Virus record (IMG/VR): IMGVR_UViG_3300049846_001486
Coordinates: 1-64,000 of that record
Reading direction: 5' to 3' (one strand)
Length of the DNA: 64,000 nt
From: a virus
Lineage: Duplodnaviria > Heunggongvirae > Uroviricota > Caudoviricetes
Shown here: piece after piece, positions 1 to 8,908 of the stretch
Numbering within the stretch: the stretch's first letter is position 1
How the letters are laid out: the number at the start of each line of letters is the position of its first letter
Position numbers and translations under genes: made by a program
The notes under the pieces: generated by a model
The model's input: only the letters and a program-made list of their open reading frames with translations
Told to the model about the DNA's origin: nothing
Database searches by the model: none

Positions 1-95
1 ATGCTTTGAACGCCTTTTAATTCTACCTTAGCTCCATTTGGAAAATGGTAGGTGCGGTCTTGTAGTTTAACTTTCTTGAATACTGGTTTAGTCAT
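1..95 (-). CDS. hypothetical protein, N-terminal fragment (gene continues past the window start); N-terminus MTKPVFKKVKLQDRTYHFPNGAKVELKG
   Basis: Minus-strand ATG at 93-95 preceded by a strong RBS (AAGAGGAAAATAT). The frame stays open to position 1. Confidence 0.35.
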   Translation of the reverse strand, partial: MTKPVFKKVKLQDRTYHFPNGAKVELKGVQS

Positions 96-114
96 ATATT
101 TTCCTCTTAAAAGA

Positions 115-235
115 TGGTGGCCAAGGTGGGACTCGAACCCACAAGCCCATTACGGGCGGCAGATTTTATGATGTACACTTTTTTCAAAATGTACAGGGAA
201 AAGTCTGCTGCGTATACCAATTCCGCCACTTGGCC
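115..235 (-). tRNA. tRNA-like gene, type II (long variable arm) with a 39-nt insertion in the anticodon arm; identity unresolved
   Basis: The reverse complement gives a 7-bp acceptor stem GGCCAAG/CTTGGCC, discriminator A and CCA. D-arm is GCGG-AATTGGTAT-ACGC and T-arm is GTGGG-TTCGAGT-CCCAC. The variable-arm hairpin is GCCC-GTAAT-GGGC. Anticodon-stem halves GCAGA and TCTGC are separated by 39 nt instead of 7, and the insert contains a TGTACA...TGTACA hairpin. Confidence 0.45.
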
Positions 236-254
236 ATATTATTATTTATCTATC

Positions 255-830
255 CTATTCTGCCATGTCTCCGTGGTGGTCAACTTTGGATATCTCTTGC
301 TTATCCATATATCTCTTTATTTCTTCAAAAGAAATCGGCCTGTAAGGGGCATAACCTAGTACGAATGGAGCATCTACCCCAACATCAACAGATTTGCCCA
401 TAGGAGGCAGCGAGCCGTGGCTATGGCCGTGTAGCTGCCAAGACCCATGATGGCTCTTGTTCCACACTCGCATCCCGTAATGAAGAAGTACGAGCTTCTG
501 GCGGTCAACCGTCAGTTCTTTGTAATATTGTATAGAAGCGAACACCTTATCTGATATAAGGCGTTGTATGTTATTTTCGATAACCTTATCGTGGTTACCA
601 AGTATTAGATGCTTAATCCCATTTAGAGAATTCATATATCTAACAAGCTCTTCATATTTCATAAAAGCAACATCACCCAGCATCCAAACAATATCATATT
701 GCTGAACTACTGAGTTCCAATTATCTCTAAGAGTCCTATTCATTTCTTCAACATCAGTAAACGGTCTTTTCGAGTATCTTATTATATTTGCGTGACCTAT
801 ATGATTGTCACTAGTAAACCATAGATTCAT
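255..830 (-). CDS. calcineurin-like metallophosphoesterase / Ser-Thr protein phosphatase family
   Basis: Motifs present are SDNHIGH (DxH), LGDVAF (GD), GNHDK (GNHD/E) and GHSHG. RBS GGAGA is present, with TAAATG coupling to the upstream gene. The gene ends in a TAG stop. Confidence 0.8.
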   Translation of the reverse strand: MNLWFTSDNHIGHANIIRYSKRPFTDVEEMNRTLRDNWNSVVQQYDIVWMLGDVAFMKYEELVRYMNSLNGIKHLILGNHDKVIENNIQRLISDKVFASIQYYKELTVDRQKLVLLHYGMRVWNKSHHGSWQLHGHSHGSLPPMGKSVDVGVDAPFVLGYAPYRPISFEEIKRYMDKQEISKVDHHGDMAE

Positions 831-1028
831 TTATTTCTTATCTCCATAATATTCATCACATTCCTTTTTTTGTATACATGCCGCATTTTTAACCATCATG
901 GAATCCCATAAACTTGGGTAAATCATAGAAGACCCGCATTTGGGGCAAATTCCTGCTGATAGTACACTAAATTCTACGATGATTCTGGCCGGTGGCGGTG
1001 GCGGTGGGGCTGGTATATCTTTGTTCAT
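831..1028 (-). CDS. small zinc-ribbon protein with a PPPPPPP tract
   Basis: 65 aa with CPKCG...CIQKKEC Cys pairs, translationally coupled to the downstream phosphatase. Confidence 0.4.
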   Translation of the reverse strand: MNKDIPAPPPPPPARIIVEFSVLSAGICPKCGSSMIYPSLWDSMMVKNAACIQKKECDEYYGDKK

Positions 1029-1042
1029 ATATTTTCTCTATC

Positions 1043-1118
1043 TGGTCCTTCCGGTGGGACTCGAACCCACACACAGTATTTTAGAGACACCTGCTCTAAC
1101 CAATTGAGCTACGGAAGG
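1043..1118 (-). tRNA. tRNA with a CUA anticodon (putative amber/UAG suppressor tRNA)
   Basis: A 76-nt cloverleaf. Acceptor is CCTTCCG/CGGAAGG with A73 and CCA. D-arm is GCTC-AATTGGTTA-GAGC. Anticodon stem is GGTGT/ATACT with two G.U pairs, and the loop is C-U-CUA-A-A, so positions 34-36 read CUA. Variable loop is GTGT. T-arm GTGGG-TTCGAGT-CCCAC is identical to the neighbouring tRNA-like gene. Confidence 0.6.
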
Positions 1119-1215
1119 TTCATTTATATAGGTATGTTAGCATATGTATAATTTCTTGTCAACAAAAGAAAAAGGGGCGTTTAAGCCCCTTTTCTTGAAT
1201 TAGGTATTACTACCA

Positions 1216-2664
1216 TTATTCGTCTTTTGCCGGATTTCCTTTGTTGTCAACCTTGGTATTAACCTGTAGGTCTTTAGCCAACATTAGCGTCATGACATTC
1301 ATCAAGTTTGCCATATCAGCCTGATTACCAGTTGGTACGCCAGCAGCGGATGCGCCACCACCCATGATTGTTACAGACTGTGGTACTGGACGAGTTGCCG
1401 AAGCAGCGGCCCATGTCTGGTGAATCTTGACAGCGGCCTCTAACTTAGTAGCCAAACCGTCGTCGGCCTTGATGCTCTTCTGCTTCTGATAAGCTTCGGC
1501 ATCGGCTCTAACCTTGATAGCCTGAGCATCAAGATTTGCGACTCTGACCTTAATAGCAGCAGCGCGTTCGTCAATCTTAGCCTGTTCTTCGGCTCTGCTG
1601 GCTTCAATCAAAGCCAATGCCTTTGCGGTTTCAGCAGCAGTAGTCTTAGCAATCTGCTCTTTCAAGTTTTCCTGCTGTGCTTCGGCCTGAGCGCGTTCAC
1701 CAGCAGCGATTACATACTGCTTCTGTTCTTCTTCCTGAATCTTCTTTTCACGGGCCTGTTGTCTGGCAGCGGAAGCTTCCTGAATTGATTGCAAACGCTT
1801 TCTGAACTGTGGGTTCGGTTCGAAGTCGGTCACGATGGCCGTTTCTACTGTGATGCCAAACTTCTCGAAAGTGTGGTGCAACTTCAAAGGCTGTCCGTTC
1901 TTATCCAAGATTTTGCTTACGCGGAAAATTACCTTGTATTCGTCCGCTTTAGCACCATAATCCTCTTGGTCTTTACGACGAGCAGAGTCGGCTGTAGCTC
2001 TCTGTTTAGAAGTTTCAAGGATTGGAACCTGAACTTCCTCACGCTGAACCTGATAGATACCAGTTCTCATTTGTTCATCGAAATCCGCAGCGAAAGTAGG
2101 GACGCCGCCGTTGAAGTAATCTTCGGCGCTCATTAACTGTGCTGTGGTTTTCATGGTTCTATCAATAGCCGGAATCAATTCCGTGTGTAGCAAGTTTTCA
2201 GGAGTGCGGTATTCCTGTGCCATCTTTAGGAAGGTAGCCGGGTCGTCTGAAATTCTGAAACGAACAGAAGTTTCCAACTTACCGTCAACCTTGTCTAACA
2301 TGGTTACATTAAGACCTTCTCTCTTGAAAGAGCCATCATCTGAGGTCTGTGTGTTTGATGTAATGACCGATGCGGCCTTTTTCCACGGGGTATAAGTACC
2401 AAACAAATGCATTTTCCAGCCAACGGTCGTTGATACCGATTCGTGACCTAAAATGTTTCTGATATGGTAATTGTAGCCGGGGTCTGCATAGAACCAAACA
2501 TTGCTGATGAATGTGACAGCGATGGCAAGGCCACCAACTCCCAAACTCAAAGCTTTAACCAAACCTTTAGTCCTACCGTAACGAGTTTCGTCCATTCCTT
2601 GGGAGAATTTATACCCAACGAATGTGGCTAAACTCAACAAAACTAACATAAAAATAGCGCCCAT
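1216..2664 (-). CDS. SPFH/band-7 (stomatin/prohibitin-like) membrane protein with a long C-terminal coiled coil
   Basis: N-terminal TM helix, then a roughly 200-aa globular domain, then about 200 aa of Ala/Glu/Lys/Gln-rich coiled coil. Strong RBS AGGAGAAAATAT. The SPFH fold is inferred from architecture only. Confidence 0.45.
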   Translation of the reverse strand: MGAIFMLVLLSLATFVGYKFSQGMDETRYGRTKGLVKALSLGVGGLAIAVTFISNVWFYADPGYNYHIRNILGHESVSTTVGWKMHLFGTYTPWKKAASVITSNTQTSDDGSFKREGLNVTMLDKVDGKLETSVRFRISDDPATFLKMAQEYRTPENLLHTELIPAIDRTMKTTAQLMSAEDYFNGGVPTFAADFDEQMRTGIYQVQREEVQVPILETSKQRATADSARRKDQEDYGAKADEYKVIFRVSKILDKNGQPLKLHHTFEKFGITVETAIVTDFEPNPQFRKRLQSIQEASAARQQAREKKIQEEEQKQYVIAAGERAQAEAQQENLKEQIAKTTAAETAKALALIEASRAEEQAKIDERAAAIKVRVANLDAQAIKVRADAEAYQKQKSIKADDGLATKLEAAVKIHQTWAAASATRPVPQSVTIMGGGASAAGVPTGNQADMANLMNVMTLMLAKDLQVNTKVDNKGNPAKDE

Positions 2665-2726
2665 ATATTTTCTCCTATGCTGGGATTGTGAATTGTACAG
2701 ATAACATTTCCAAAAGTCAACACTTG

Positions 2727-3371
2727 TTATCTTTTTATTTTTCTTCTTGCCATATCCAATTTTAACTTAGAAACTTTTGAAGTAAATACTACACCATGTA
2801 AGTGTTCGTATTCATGTAAGAATGCTCTAGCCCATATTCCTTCAAACTCTACGATATGTTCTTTACCATTTAAATCGAAGAATTTTCCTTTGACATTATA
2901 AGGTCTTGGTATTTTCAAAAACAATCCCGGAAAACTTAAACATCCTTCCATGATGGTTTCTGTTCTGTCCGATATTGAAAGAATTTCTGGATTGATACAC
3001 ACCCAATATCCGAAAGTTTTTTGTCCAATTACGAACATATTCAAATCTAAATTTACCTGTGGTGCGGCGAGACCTATACCCTGATTCTGAATCATAACTG
3101 CCAGCATGTTCAATGCCGTATCAGTCAAGTCTTCCGCCTTTCCAGTATAAGGAGGTATTTCTTTTTTCAATACATCATCATATTGGTCAACTAAGGTTAA
3201 TGTATCAAATATTTTCCCATGTAATTTTTGTCTCAATTCACCGGGAGTGAAGGTTGTATGAAAAGTTGTTCTATAATGGTCAATAATAGCAGGAGCTATA
3301 TCAGCCATACTCAAATTCCCCAATTGGTCGGAATTAATATCCAAGCCTACTCTGGTTAGCGTTTCATCCAT
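2727..3371 (-). CDS. def: peptide deformylase with an 85-aa N-terminal extension
   Basis: All three PDF motifs are present in order: GIGLAAPQ, EGCLSFPG and HEYEHLHG. RBS GGAGA lies 8 nt upstream of the ATG at 3371. Confidence 0.85.
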   Translation of the reverse strand: MDETLTRVGLDINSDQLGNLSMADIAPAIIDHYRTTFHTTFTPGELRQKLHGKIFDTLTLVDQYDDVLKKEIPPYTGKAEDLTDTALNMLAVMIQNQGIGLAAPQVNLDLNMFVIGQKTFGYWVCINPEILSISDRTETIMEGCLSFPGLFLKIPRPYNVKGKFFDLNGKEHIVEFEGIWARAFLHEYEHLHGVVFTSKVSKLKLDMARRKIKR

Positions 3372-3919
3372 TCTAATGTCTCCATTATGTTCTTATGGTC
3401 TTTCAAATCTGCCAAATTATATACAGGAACCTTATGAGCTATAGCAATTCTTATGGCCTGTCCTGTTCCTCCGGTATCTATAGTAGTCTGATGTTTAGCA
3501 CCATCAGGAGTCCAACATATAACAAAATCTACCGGGGAGTCCAATGTCTTATCTAACACTTGATATGTATTTCTAGCCATCAGGCGTTTAGCTATGGAGG
3601 AAAGTCTATTCCAAACAGGATGATGTTTCTTTGCTATATCATATGCGTAATCGTCTATTTCGGAAATGTACGCTTCGCCGTCACCAGATTTATTTTGAAA
3701 TTCATCGTGAGGCAAAAATATGGTCATATATTCTCTAAGAGGCTTATTGTGTTCTGAACAATAAGCCTTACATCCCTTTTCGAAGGCCGAGTCCGCTCCT
3801 GCGGCACCCCCACTTAAAAGACGATAAGATTTTTTGGCAGCATAGTATCCAAACTCTTCCATTATCTCTAATATGAGAGAAGGAGTCTGCCTCGAACCTA
3901 TTCCGCAATATTTCTTCAT
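3356..3919 (-). CDS. DprA/Smf-like Rossmann-fold (SLOG superfamily) protein
   Basis: Contains GIGSR...LSGGAAGADSAFEKG and GGTGQAIRIA, which resemble the DprA/LOG nucleotide-binding motifs. Its ATG overlaps the PTH2 stop (ATAATG). Confidence 0.45.
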   Translation of the reverse strand: MKKYCGIGSRQTPSLILEIMEEFGYYAAKKSYRLLSGGAAGADSAFEKGCKAYCSEHNKPLREYMTIFLPHDEFQNKSGDGEAYISEIDDYAYDIAKKHHPVWNRLSSIAKRLMARNTYQVLDKTLDSPVDFVICWTPDGAKHQTTIDTGGTGQAIRIAIAHKVPVYNLADLKDHKNIMETLEWMKR

Positions 3920-4344
3920 TATAGTAATGGTAGATTTCCCGTTATGGGTTCTAGTTGGTCGGGGTATGCCGGTCCCACAGCAACAGCCGTATAGGTAGGA
4001 ACTCCGTGGAATTCGGTATTACCCTTGTCTTGAATCAAGGCACAAAGCAAATTGCTGTCCTTGGCCTTCTGATAAAGGTCCAAAAGTTCTTGCTCAGAAT
4101 TGACATATACAACTATTTTGGTGAAAGCTCCGTTAAGCCATTCATCTAAGGCTTTATGGTCTTTATATTTCAATACTTTAATTGGATAATATATAGACGA
4201 GTCTTCCCCATCATCGTATGGAATTTCATTATTTTCCATCAAATCTAGTATGACCTTCATGGAGGCGTGGCTTGCTTGGGCAGCAATTTTACCCTTCCTC
4301 ATATTAAGGTCTTTTCTTATAATTATAATCTGTTTAGGCAACAT
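3919..4344 (-). CDS. peptidyl-tRNA hydrolase, PTH2 family
   Basis: MLPKQIIIIRKDLNMRKGKIAAQASHAS matches the PTH2 signature (GKGKIAAQCSHA in archaeal/eukaryotic Pth2). The start is placed at the internal Met at 4344, which has RBS GGAGA. The 25 upstream codons of the six-frame ORF lack an RBS. Confidence 0.8.
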   Translation of the reverse strand: MLPKQIIIIRKDLNMRKGKIAAQASHASMKVILDLMENNEIPYDDGEDSSIYYPIKVLKYKDHKALDEWLNGAFTKIVVYVNSEQELLDLYQKAKDSNLLCALIQDKGNTEFHGVPTYTAVAVGPAYPDQLEPITGNLPLL

Positions 4345-4437
4345 AAAAATATCTCCATCCTTGATTATATGATATTTGCAATTTTTAATCAAGTGTCGTA
4401 CAATAAATAATAAATACAAGATTAATGGAGATTAATT

Positions 4438-4956
4438 ATGAAAATTGGTGAAATCTTAAAGTCCACTTTATCCGAAGCTTTCGATGATTTAGAAGTAGAT
4501 ATTGATGATTTGGGGGTAGATGATGGTTCTCCAATTGAACCTGTATTAAAGCCTATTGGTGGGGAAAATTCAGCCACCGCCGATGAATTAACTCCTATTC
4601 AGAAAATTATATTGGCCAAAATAGCTAAAGGTACCTTAACCATTGATAGCGCAACGGATAAGCAGTTGGTTGTCATGGATGAATTAATGGATGTTGGTTT
4701 ACTTGACGCTCAGTACGAAATCACCCCAGAAGGGTCTACTGCCGCTGATATGGTTATCAACAAGAATACCCAAGACCAGATAGTTGCCCAGAAGATTGCC
4801 CAAAAGAACGGTGCTGATAAATTCGTCAAAGATAGACGAGTAAGAGACGCTTATAAGGGCGAATTAGATGACGAAGTTGCTGGCGACGATGAGGGTGTAT
4901 CTGCGCGTGACCGCGTTGGTTTTGACCCTGAATTCTATACTGGCGACAGAAGTTAA
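4438..4956 (+). CDS. acidic hypothetical protein
   Basis: 172-aa ORF rich in Asp/Glu. An ATAAATAATAAATAC late-promoter-like motif lies about 25 nt upstream. Confidence 0.4.
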   Translation: MKIGEILKSTLSEAFDDLEVDIDDLGVDDGSPIEPVLKPIGGENSATADELTPIQKIILAKIAKGTLTIDSATDKQLVVMDELMDVGLLDAQYEITPEGSTAADMVINKNTQDQIVAQKIAQKNGADKFVKDRRVRDAYKGELDDEVAGDDEGVSARDRVGFDPEFYTGDRS

Positions 4957-7163
4957 TTTCCGCTAACTACTCTAGAGAATCCTTTATCTAGTTCTATTTC
5001 GATTTTATCATCGAACATAGTAGCTATTTCGTCTCTATGACTGATTACCAACATTGACAGTTTGTTGTCCGAAGCTATCTGTTTAATCATCTTACAAGCT
5101 AACTGTACTCCGACATTACTCAATCCACGGTCTAAGCATTCGTCTAATACACATAGATTTATGATGCCGTGTCTTGCCTGTAGAACATCTCTGAAGCTGA
5201 ACATCAACGCAAGATTCAATCTAGCTTTCTGTCCAGACGATAGCAGCTTATAACCGATTGGCGTCTTAAACTGGGTAATCTTTACAGTCATATCTTGCTG
5301 GAATTCTACCTTATGAGGTAAGCCAGTTTTGTTAAGGTAATATTTCAATTTGGAATTTAACAAAGGTAGTCCCTTGTTCAATAACGCCTTTCTTATGAAA
5401 CTGTCTTTCTTAGTAAGCAGCTTGACCAAGAATTCTTTATGGAATATGGAGTCTTCCAAATCTGCCAACATTTGACTTCTATCTTCACCAAGCTCAAGCT
5501 CGGCTTTATCCAAATCTTCAAGCATCGAATCGAACGGGTTGACAGATTCAATCGCTTTCTTTAGAGCTTCTTTGTAAGTCTTGACCTTCTGTTGCGAGAC
5601 CGCAAGTTCCGATTCTGATTTAAACTTGAGTTTCTTGGCAATAGCTTCGATATCTGTTTTAACGGAACTGACTTTATCTTTAGCTTCGGTTAATTGCTCA
5701 CTAGCCGTAGATATTTTGAATTCCAAATCATCAACGAACATATCATATAATCCGTTGACATGAGGATTTTTAGTTTCAGTCAATAGTCTTAGTTTACTGG
5801 TAAGTTTATCCTTAGATGCCTCGTAGTCAAAAATTTGTTTCAAGGTTTTGAAGGTGCTGGTTGCCTCTACCTCGGCCTTTGCTTTGGTATATTTTTTGGA
5901 ATTCTTATCCAATGTAGCAAGCCCGGTTTCTATATCAGCCAACTCCGTTTCTATTTCAGAAAGTCTTGAGTTAGTGTGTTGTAATTTCTCTGCTGCATCT
6001 TTGAACTGTTGCGAACAGAACGGGCACTTGTTGTCTTGAAGTGAAGTCTGGTCCTTCAGATATTTGGCTTGTTCCTTTTGAATTGTAGATTTTTTAGTCT
6101 CTAGAACGCTCTTTTCGGTTTGGATTTCTTTGAGTTTGACCGAGATATCTTCCAGTAGACTGATGTTTTCTTTTTCTACCTCAACATCAACCTCTGGTAT
6201 GGCTTCTATTTGTTCTCTTACGCTCTTAATTTCTTTTAGATTGTTGGCTTCCCACTCTACTGCCTTTGTTTTGAGTAAGGTGTTTTGTTTTATAGAAGTG
6301 TCAAGCTCTTTAACAGCAGCTTCAGCATTTGCTAAATCTGTAGAAGATGCAGCTAACCAAACGAAAAGTTCCTCTTGTTCATTAAAGTCTATACCAGCTA
6401 ATGCCTCAAGTTGTGTTTCTATAGTTTGGATTTCAGTCTGCTTTTCAGTCTCCCAATTATCCCTTTTGGTTATGAGGTTTTGTTTTTGAACCAAGAAAGC
6501 ATTCTTAGCCTTTTTGGTCTGTTCGTTCAATTCCAAATAATGGTCAAAGTCCTTTTTATTGTTGGTTATTTCTTTCTTGAGTAATTCTGCTTTAAGACTC
6601 AATTCCGTGAAGCCGAAAAGTTCTTCTATAACCTCTCGTTGGTCGCCTAATTCCATGTTCAAGAACGGTTCGTAGTTAGCGTCGAATACTACTATTCTAA
6701 CGAAGATTTCAAATGGAATGCCTATGATTCTGGAGATTTCCTCATTGATATTCGAAACTCCGGCTGGGGTTATATCATCGTCTTCGGTAAATTTGGTATC
6801 GGAAGTTCGCTTGAACAGCTTAACTCCATCTCCACCCTTAGCCTTGTTCTTCCTGTAGCGTTCCACTTTGTAATACGCATCTTTCTTTTGGAAGATGATG
6901 TAGACTTCTAGATTCTCTTCATTTATGTTGTTTATGACTTCAGTTTTTGATATTCCGGAAATGGTCTTATCGTACAACACATAACATAGAGCGTTCAAGA
7001 TACTGGACTTACCTGCTCCGTTGCCGTCAACTTGCCCATCAACTGCGGAATCCAAGTTTCTTCCTATAATCAGCTTGGGCTTACCGAAGTCCAAACTAAT
7101 CTTAGTCATGTTGTTTCCATACGACTGGAAGTTTCTAAACCCGAGTTCCAATGCCTTAAACAT
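4953..7163 (-). CDS. 46: recombination ATPase, Rad50/SbcC family (T4 gp46-like)
   Basis: Walker A GNGAGKSSIL, central coiled coil with a CPFC zinc hook, ABC signature LSSGQKARL, Walker B VLDECLD and H-loop ISHRDE. It overlaps the upstream gp47-like gene as in T4. Confidence 0.9.
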   Translation of the reverse strand: MFKALELGFRNFQSYGNNMTKISLDFGKPKLIIGRNLDSAVDGQVDGNGAGKSSILNALCYVLYDKTISGISKTEVINNINEENLEVYIIFQKKDAYYKVERYRKNKAKGGDGVKLFKRTSDTKFTEDDDITPAGVSNINEEISRIIGIPFEIFVRIVVFDANYEPFLNMELGDQREVIEELFGFTELSLKAELLKKEITNNKKDFDHYLELNEQTKKAKNAFLVQKQNLITKRDNWETEKQTEIQTIETQLEALAGIDFNEQEELFVWLAASSTDLANAEAAVKELDTSIKQNTLLKTKAVEWEANNLKEIKSVREQIEAIPEVDVEVEKENISLLEDISVKLKEIQTEKSVLETKKSTIQKEQAKYLKDQTSLQDNKCPFCSQQFKDAAEKLQHTNSRLSEIETELADIETGLATLDKNSKKYTKAKAEVEATSTFKTLKQIFDYEASKDKLTSKLRLLTETKNPHVNGLYDMFVDDLEFKISTASEQLTEAKDKVSSVKTDIEAIAKKLKFKSESELAVSQQKVKTYKEALKKAIESVNPFDSMLEDLDKAELELGEDRSQMLADLEDSIFHKEFLVKLLTKKDSFIRKALLNKGLPLLNSKLKYYLNKTGLPHKVEFQQDMTVKITQFKTPIGYKLLSSGQKARLNLALMFSFRDVLQARHGIINLCVLDECLDRGLSNVGVQLACKMIKQIASDNKLSMLVISHRDEIATMFDDKIEIELDKGFSRVVSGN

Positions 7164-8232
7164 CGCCTAAATCCTTATATACTTTAATCAATTTCTGGTT
7201 ATCTATCTTAGGTTCTTTGATACGCCCTAGCAATTCTACCACAATGTTGGTAGTAGTTTCCAGTTCCATTCCTTCCAAATCCATATCCGTGTCAGTCAAC
7301 GCTTCATCGGTTGACATTTCCTCAAAGGTCAATTCTCTAAGCCCATATTTTTTCATGAGAGTATCACGAAGTTCGTTACTATCTTCTAGAGTCAAGTCTA
7401 TGTCGGCTAGGCATCTTACCCTTGCGTTCTTCTTAAGGTGGGTGTCCGGGTCTTCTATAATCTCGCTTAAGTTGGCTTTAACATAAGTAGGCATACCGAA
7501 GTCTGCTCCCCAGTTATAGAATGATGATGCGTCATCGTCGTAAGAATATAAAAAGGCTCCGCGTTCAGCGTCATTAGCATCGCTGAAGTCTGCCGGAAAT
7601 GCGTTGCCGATGTAACAGACATTATCCTTACATTGGCGCTTATGGAAGTGTCCAGAGAATATATGCTTTACGGCTTTGTATGGCTTGTGGTCCGGACCAT
7701 GTTCCAACACTCTAGTATCACCAGTTATAACGAATCCGGAGAACTCGAAATGTCCCCACCATATCGGCATGTTCGTGTATTGTAACAGTTCTGGATACTC
7801 TTCCGGCATCAAATACGGACTAACCAAAGCTCCCTTATCTCCCAACATAGGGAATATCTTCGGGGAATCATAAACTAGAGTTATGTTTTCAAACGGAGCG
7901 AATATTTCAGTAGTGTATACATCTCTCTTATCACGGTAATACATATCGTGGTTACCGACGCACATGATTACCGGAATCCCAAGCTGGTTTAATAGTTCCG
8001 CTCCCATATGAGAGTATTTGAGAGTTAAGCCATTGATAGCAGCGCGATGTTCGTGCCAGTCCCCCAAGAACATTATATGGTCTACCTTTTTCTTTTTTGC
8101 CAACTCACAGAACCATTTAATGAAATTGATACAATCTTGGTTATGAGTTTCACTATTGTTCTTTCGTCCAAAGTGTATGTCAGTAAAAACTAAAGCTTTC
8201 TTTAGTTTGACCGATTCATCTAGTTTTGACAT
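7156..8232 (-). CDS. 47: recombination nuclease, Mre11/SbcD family (T4 gp47-like)
   Basis: Phosphoesterase motifs FTDIHFG, FLGDWHE and GNHDM are present. It sits in the T4 47-46 arrangement next to gp55. Confidence 0.85.
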   Translation of the reverse strand: MSKLDESVKLKKALVFTDIHFGRKNNSETHNQDCINFIKWFCELAKKKKVDHIMFLGDWHEHRAAINGLTLKYSHMGAELLNQLGIPVIMCVGNHDMYYRDKRDVYTTEIFAPFENITLVYDSPKIFPMLGDKGALVSPYLMPEEYPELLQYTNMPIWWGHFEFSGFVITGDTRVLEHGPDHKPYKAVKHIFSGHFHKRQCKDNVCYIGNAFPADFSDANDAERGAFLYSYDDDASSFYNWGADFGMPTYVKANLSEIIEDPDTHLKKNARVRCLADIDLTLEDSNELRDTLMKKYGLRELTFEEMSTDEALTDTDMDLEGMELETTTNIVVELLGRIKEPKIDNQKLIKVYKDLGDV

Positions 8233-8235
8233 ATG

Positions 8236-8832
8236 TTACTCTTCCGGGTTAAGTTCGTCCGGGATATTTTCCGAATCTACTACTGGGTCTACGACTATTG
8301 GTTCCGATTTCTTAGCTTTTATGGAAGGAGTCGCATTGACCTCTTCGGTAACATCTCTGGGTTCTGGATTGAATGGATTGAATACACCAGAATTACCATA
8401 ATCTAGTTCGTCCGAGGTTGTGCCTCTGGAATGCTCATCGTCGTATCTTTCGGTGAAGCCATAGGACGGGTTATCTCCTTGCTCCATCAGCAATCTGTCT
8501 CTTATATCGCGTTCATCGCGTTCGATATTTAGGTACTGGTAGAATGCGTGTTTTATGGTTTGGGTATAATAAGCAAAGGGATTTTTACTTTTTTGAGGAT
8601 TGAAAGATTTCCAAGATTTACATAAGGTCATTAGAGCGAAGGCTTGCATATCTTCATTGTAGGTATAATTAACATATGTTCCTTTCTGGGCATACTTGGC
8701 ACATAATAACATGAACATTTTTGCCAATTCGTTAGTCATCTTCCCCTGTGCTAAACTTTTTTCTACTTCTGCTAAGAGCGATTTATTGTTTAAATAATTC
8801 TTCTTTGGTTTTTCCGCAACATCTTTTGTCAT
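8236..8832 (-). CDS. 55: late-transcription sigma factor (T4 gp55-like)
   Basis: N-terminus MTKDVAEKPKKNYLNNKSLLAEV resembles T4 gp55 (KPKYNYVNNKELL). It is about 198 aa and adjacent to 47/46 as in T4. TATAAATA-type motifs recur upstream of structural genes in this window. Confidence 0.7.
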   Translation of the reverse strand: MTKDVAEKPKKNYLNNKSLLAEVEKSLAQGKMTNELAKMFMLLCAKYAQKGTYVNYTYNEDMQAFALMTLCKSWKSFNPQKSKNPFAYYTQTIKHAFYQYLNIERDERDIRDRLLMEQGDNPSYGFTERYDDEHSRGTTSDELDYGNSGVFNPFNPEPRDVTEEVNATPSIKAKKSEPIVVDPVVDSENIPDELNPEE

Positions 8833-8908
8833 GATTTAAATACCCTTTATAGTTATAATTATCAGTATTTGTAGATATATTAGCACATTAAGAACTTTAT
8901 GTCAAATT

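Noticed and set aside
114-359. Plus-strand 81-aa ORF
   Set aside because: It overlaps the tRNA-like gene and the 3' end of the phosphatase gene and has no RBS. It is spurious.
1789-2395. Plus-strand ORFs of 115 and 83 aa
   Set aside because: They are antisense within the 482-aa SPFH-like gene. Their composition is atypical (hydrophobic and low-complexity) and they lack RBSs.
4345-4419. The first 25 codons of the six-frame ORF 3919..4419 (MYLLFIVRHLIKNCKYHIIKDGDIF)
   Set aside because: The conserved PTH2 domain begins at the internal Met (4344), which has a GGAGA RBS. The upstream extension has no RBS and looks like read-through of the intergenic region.
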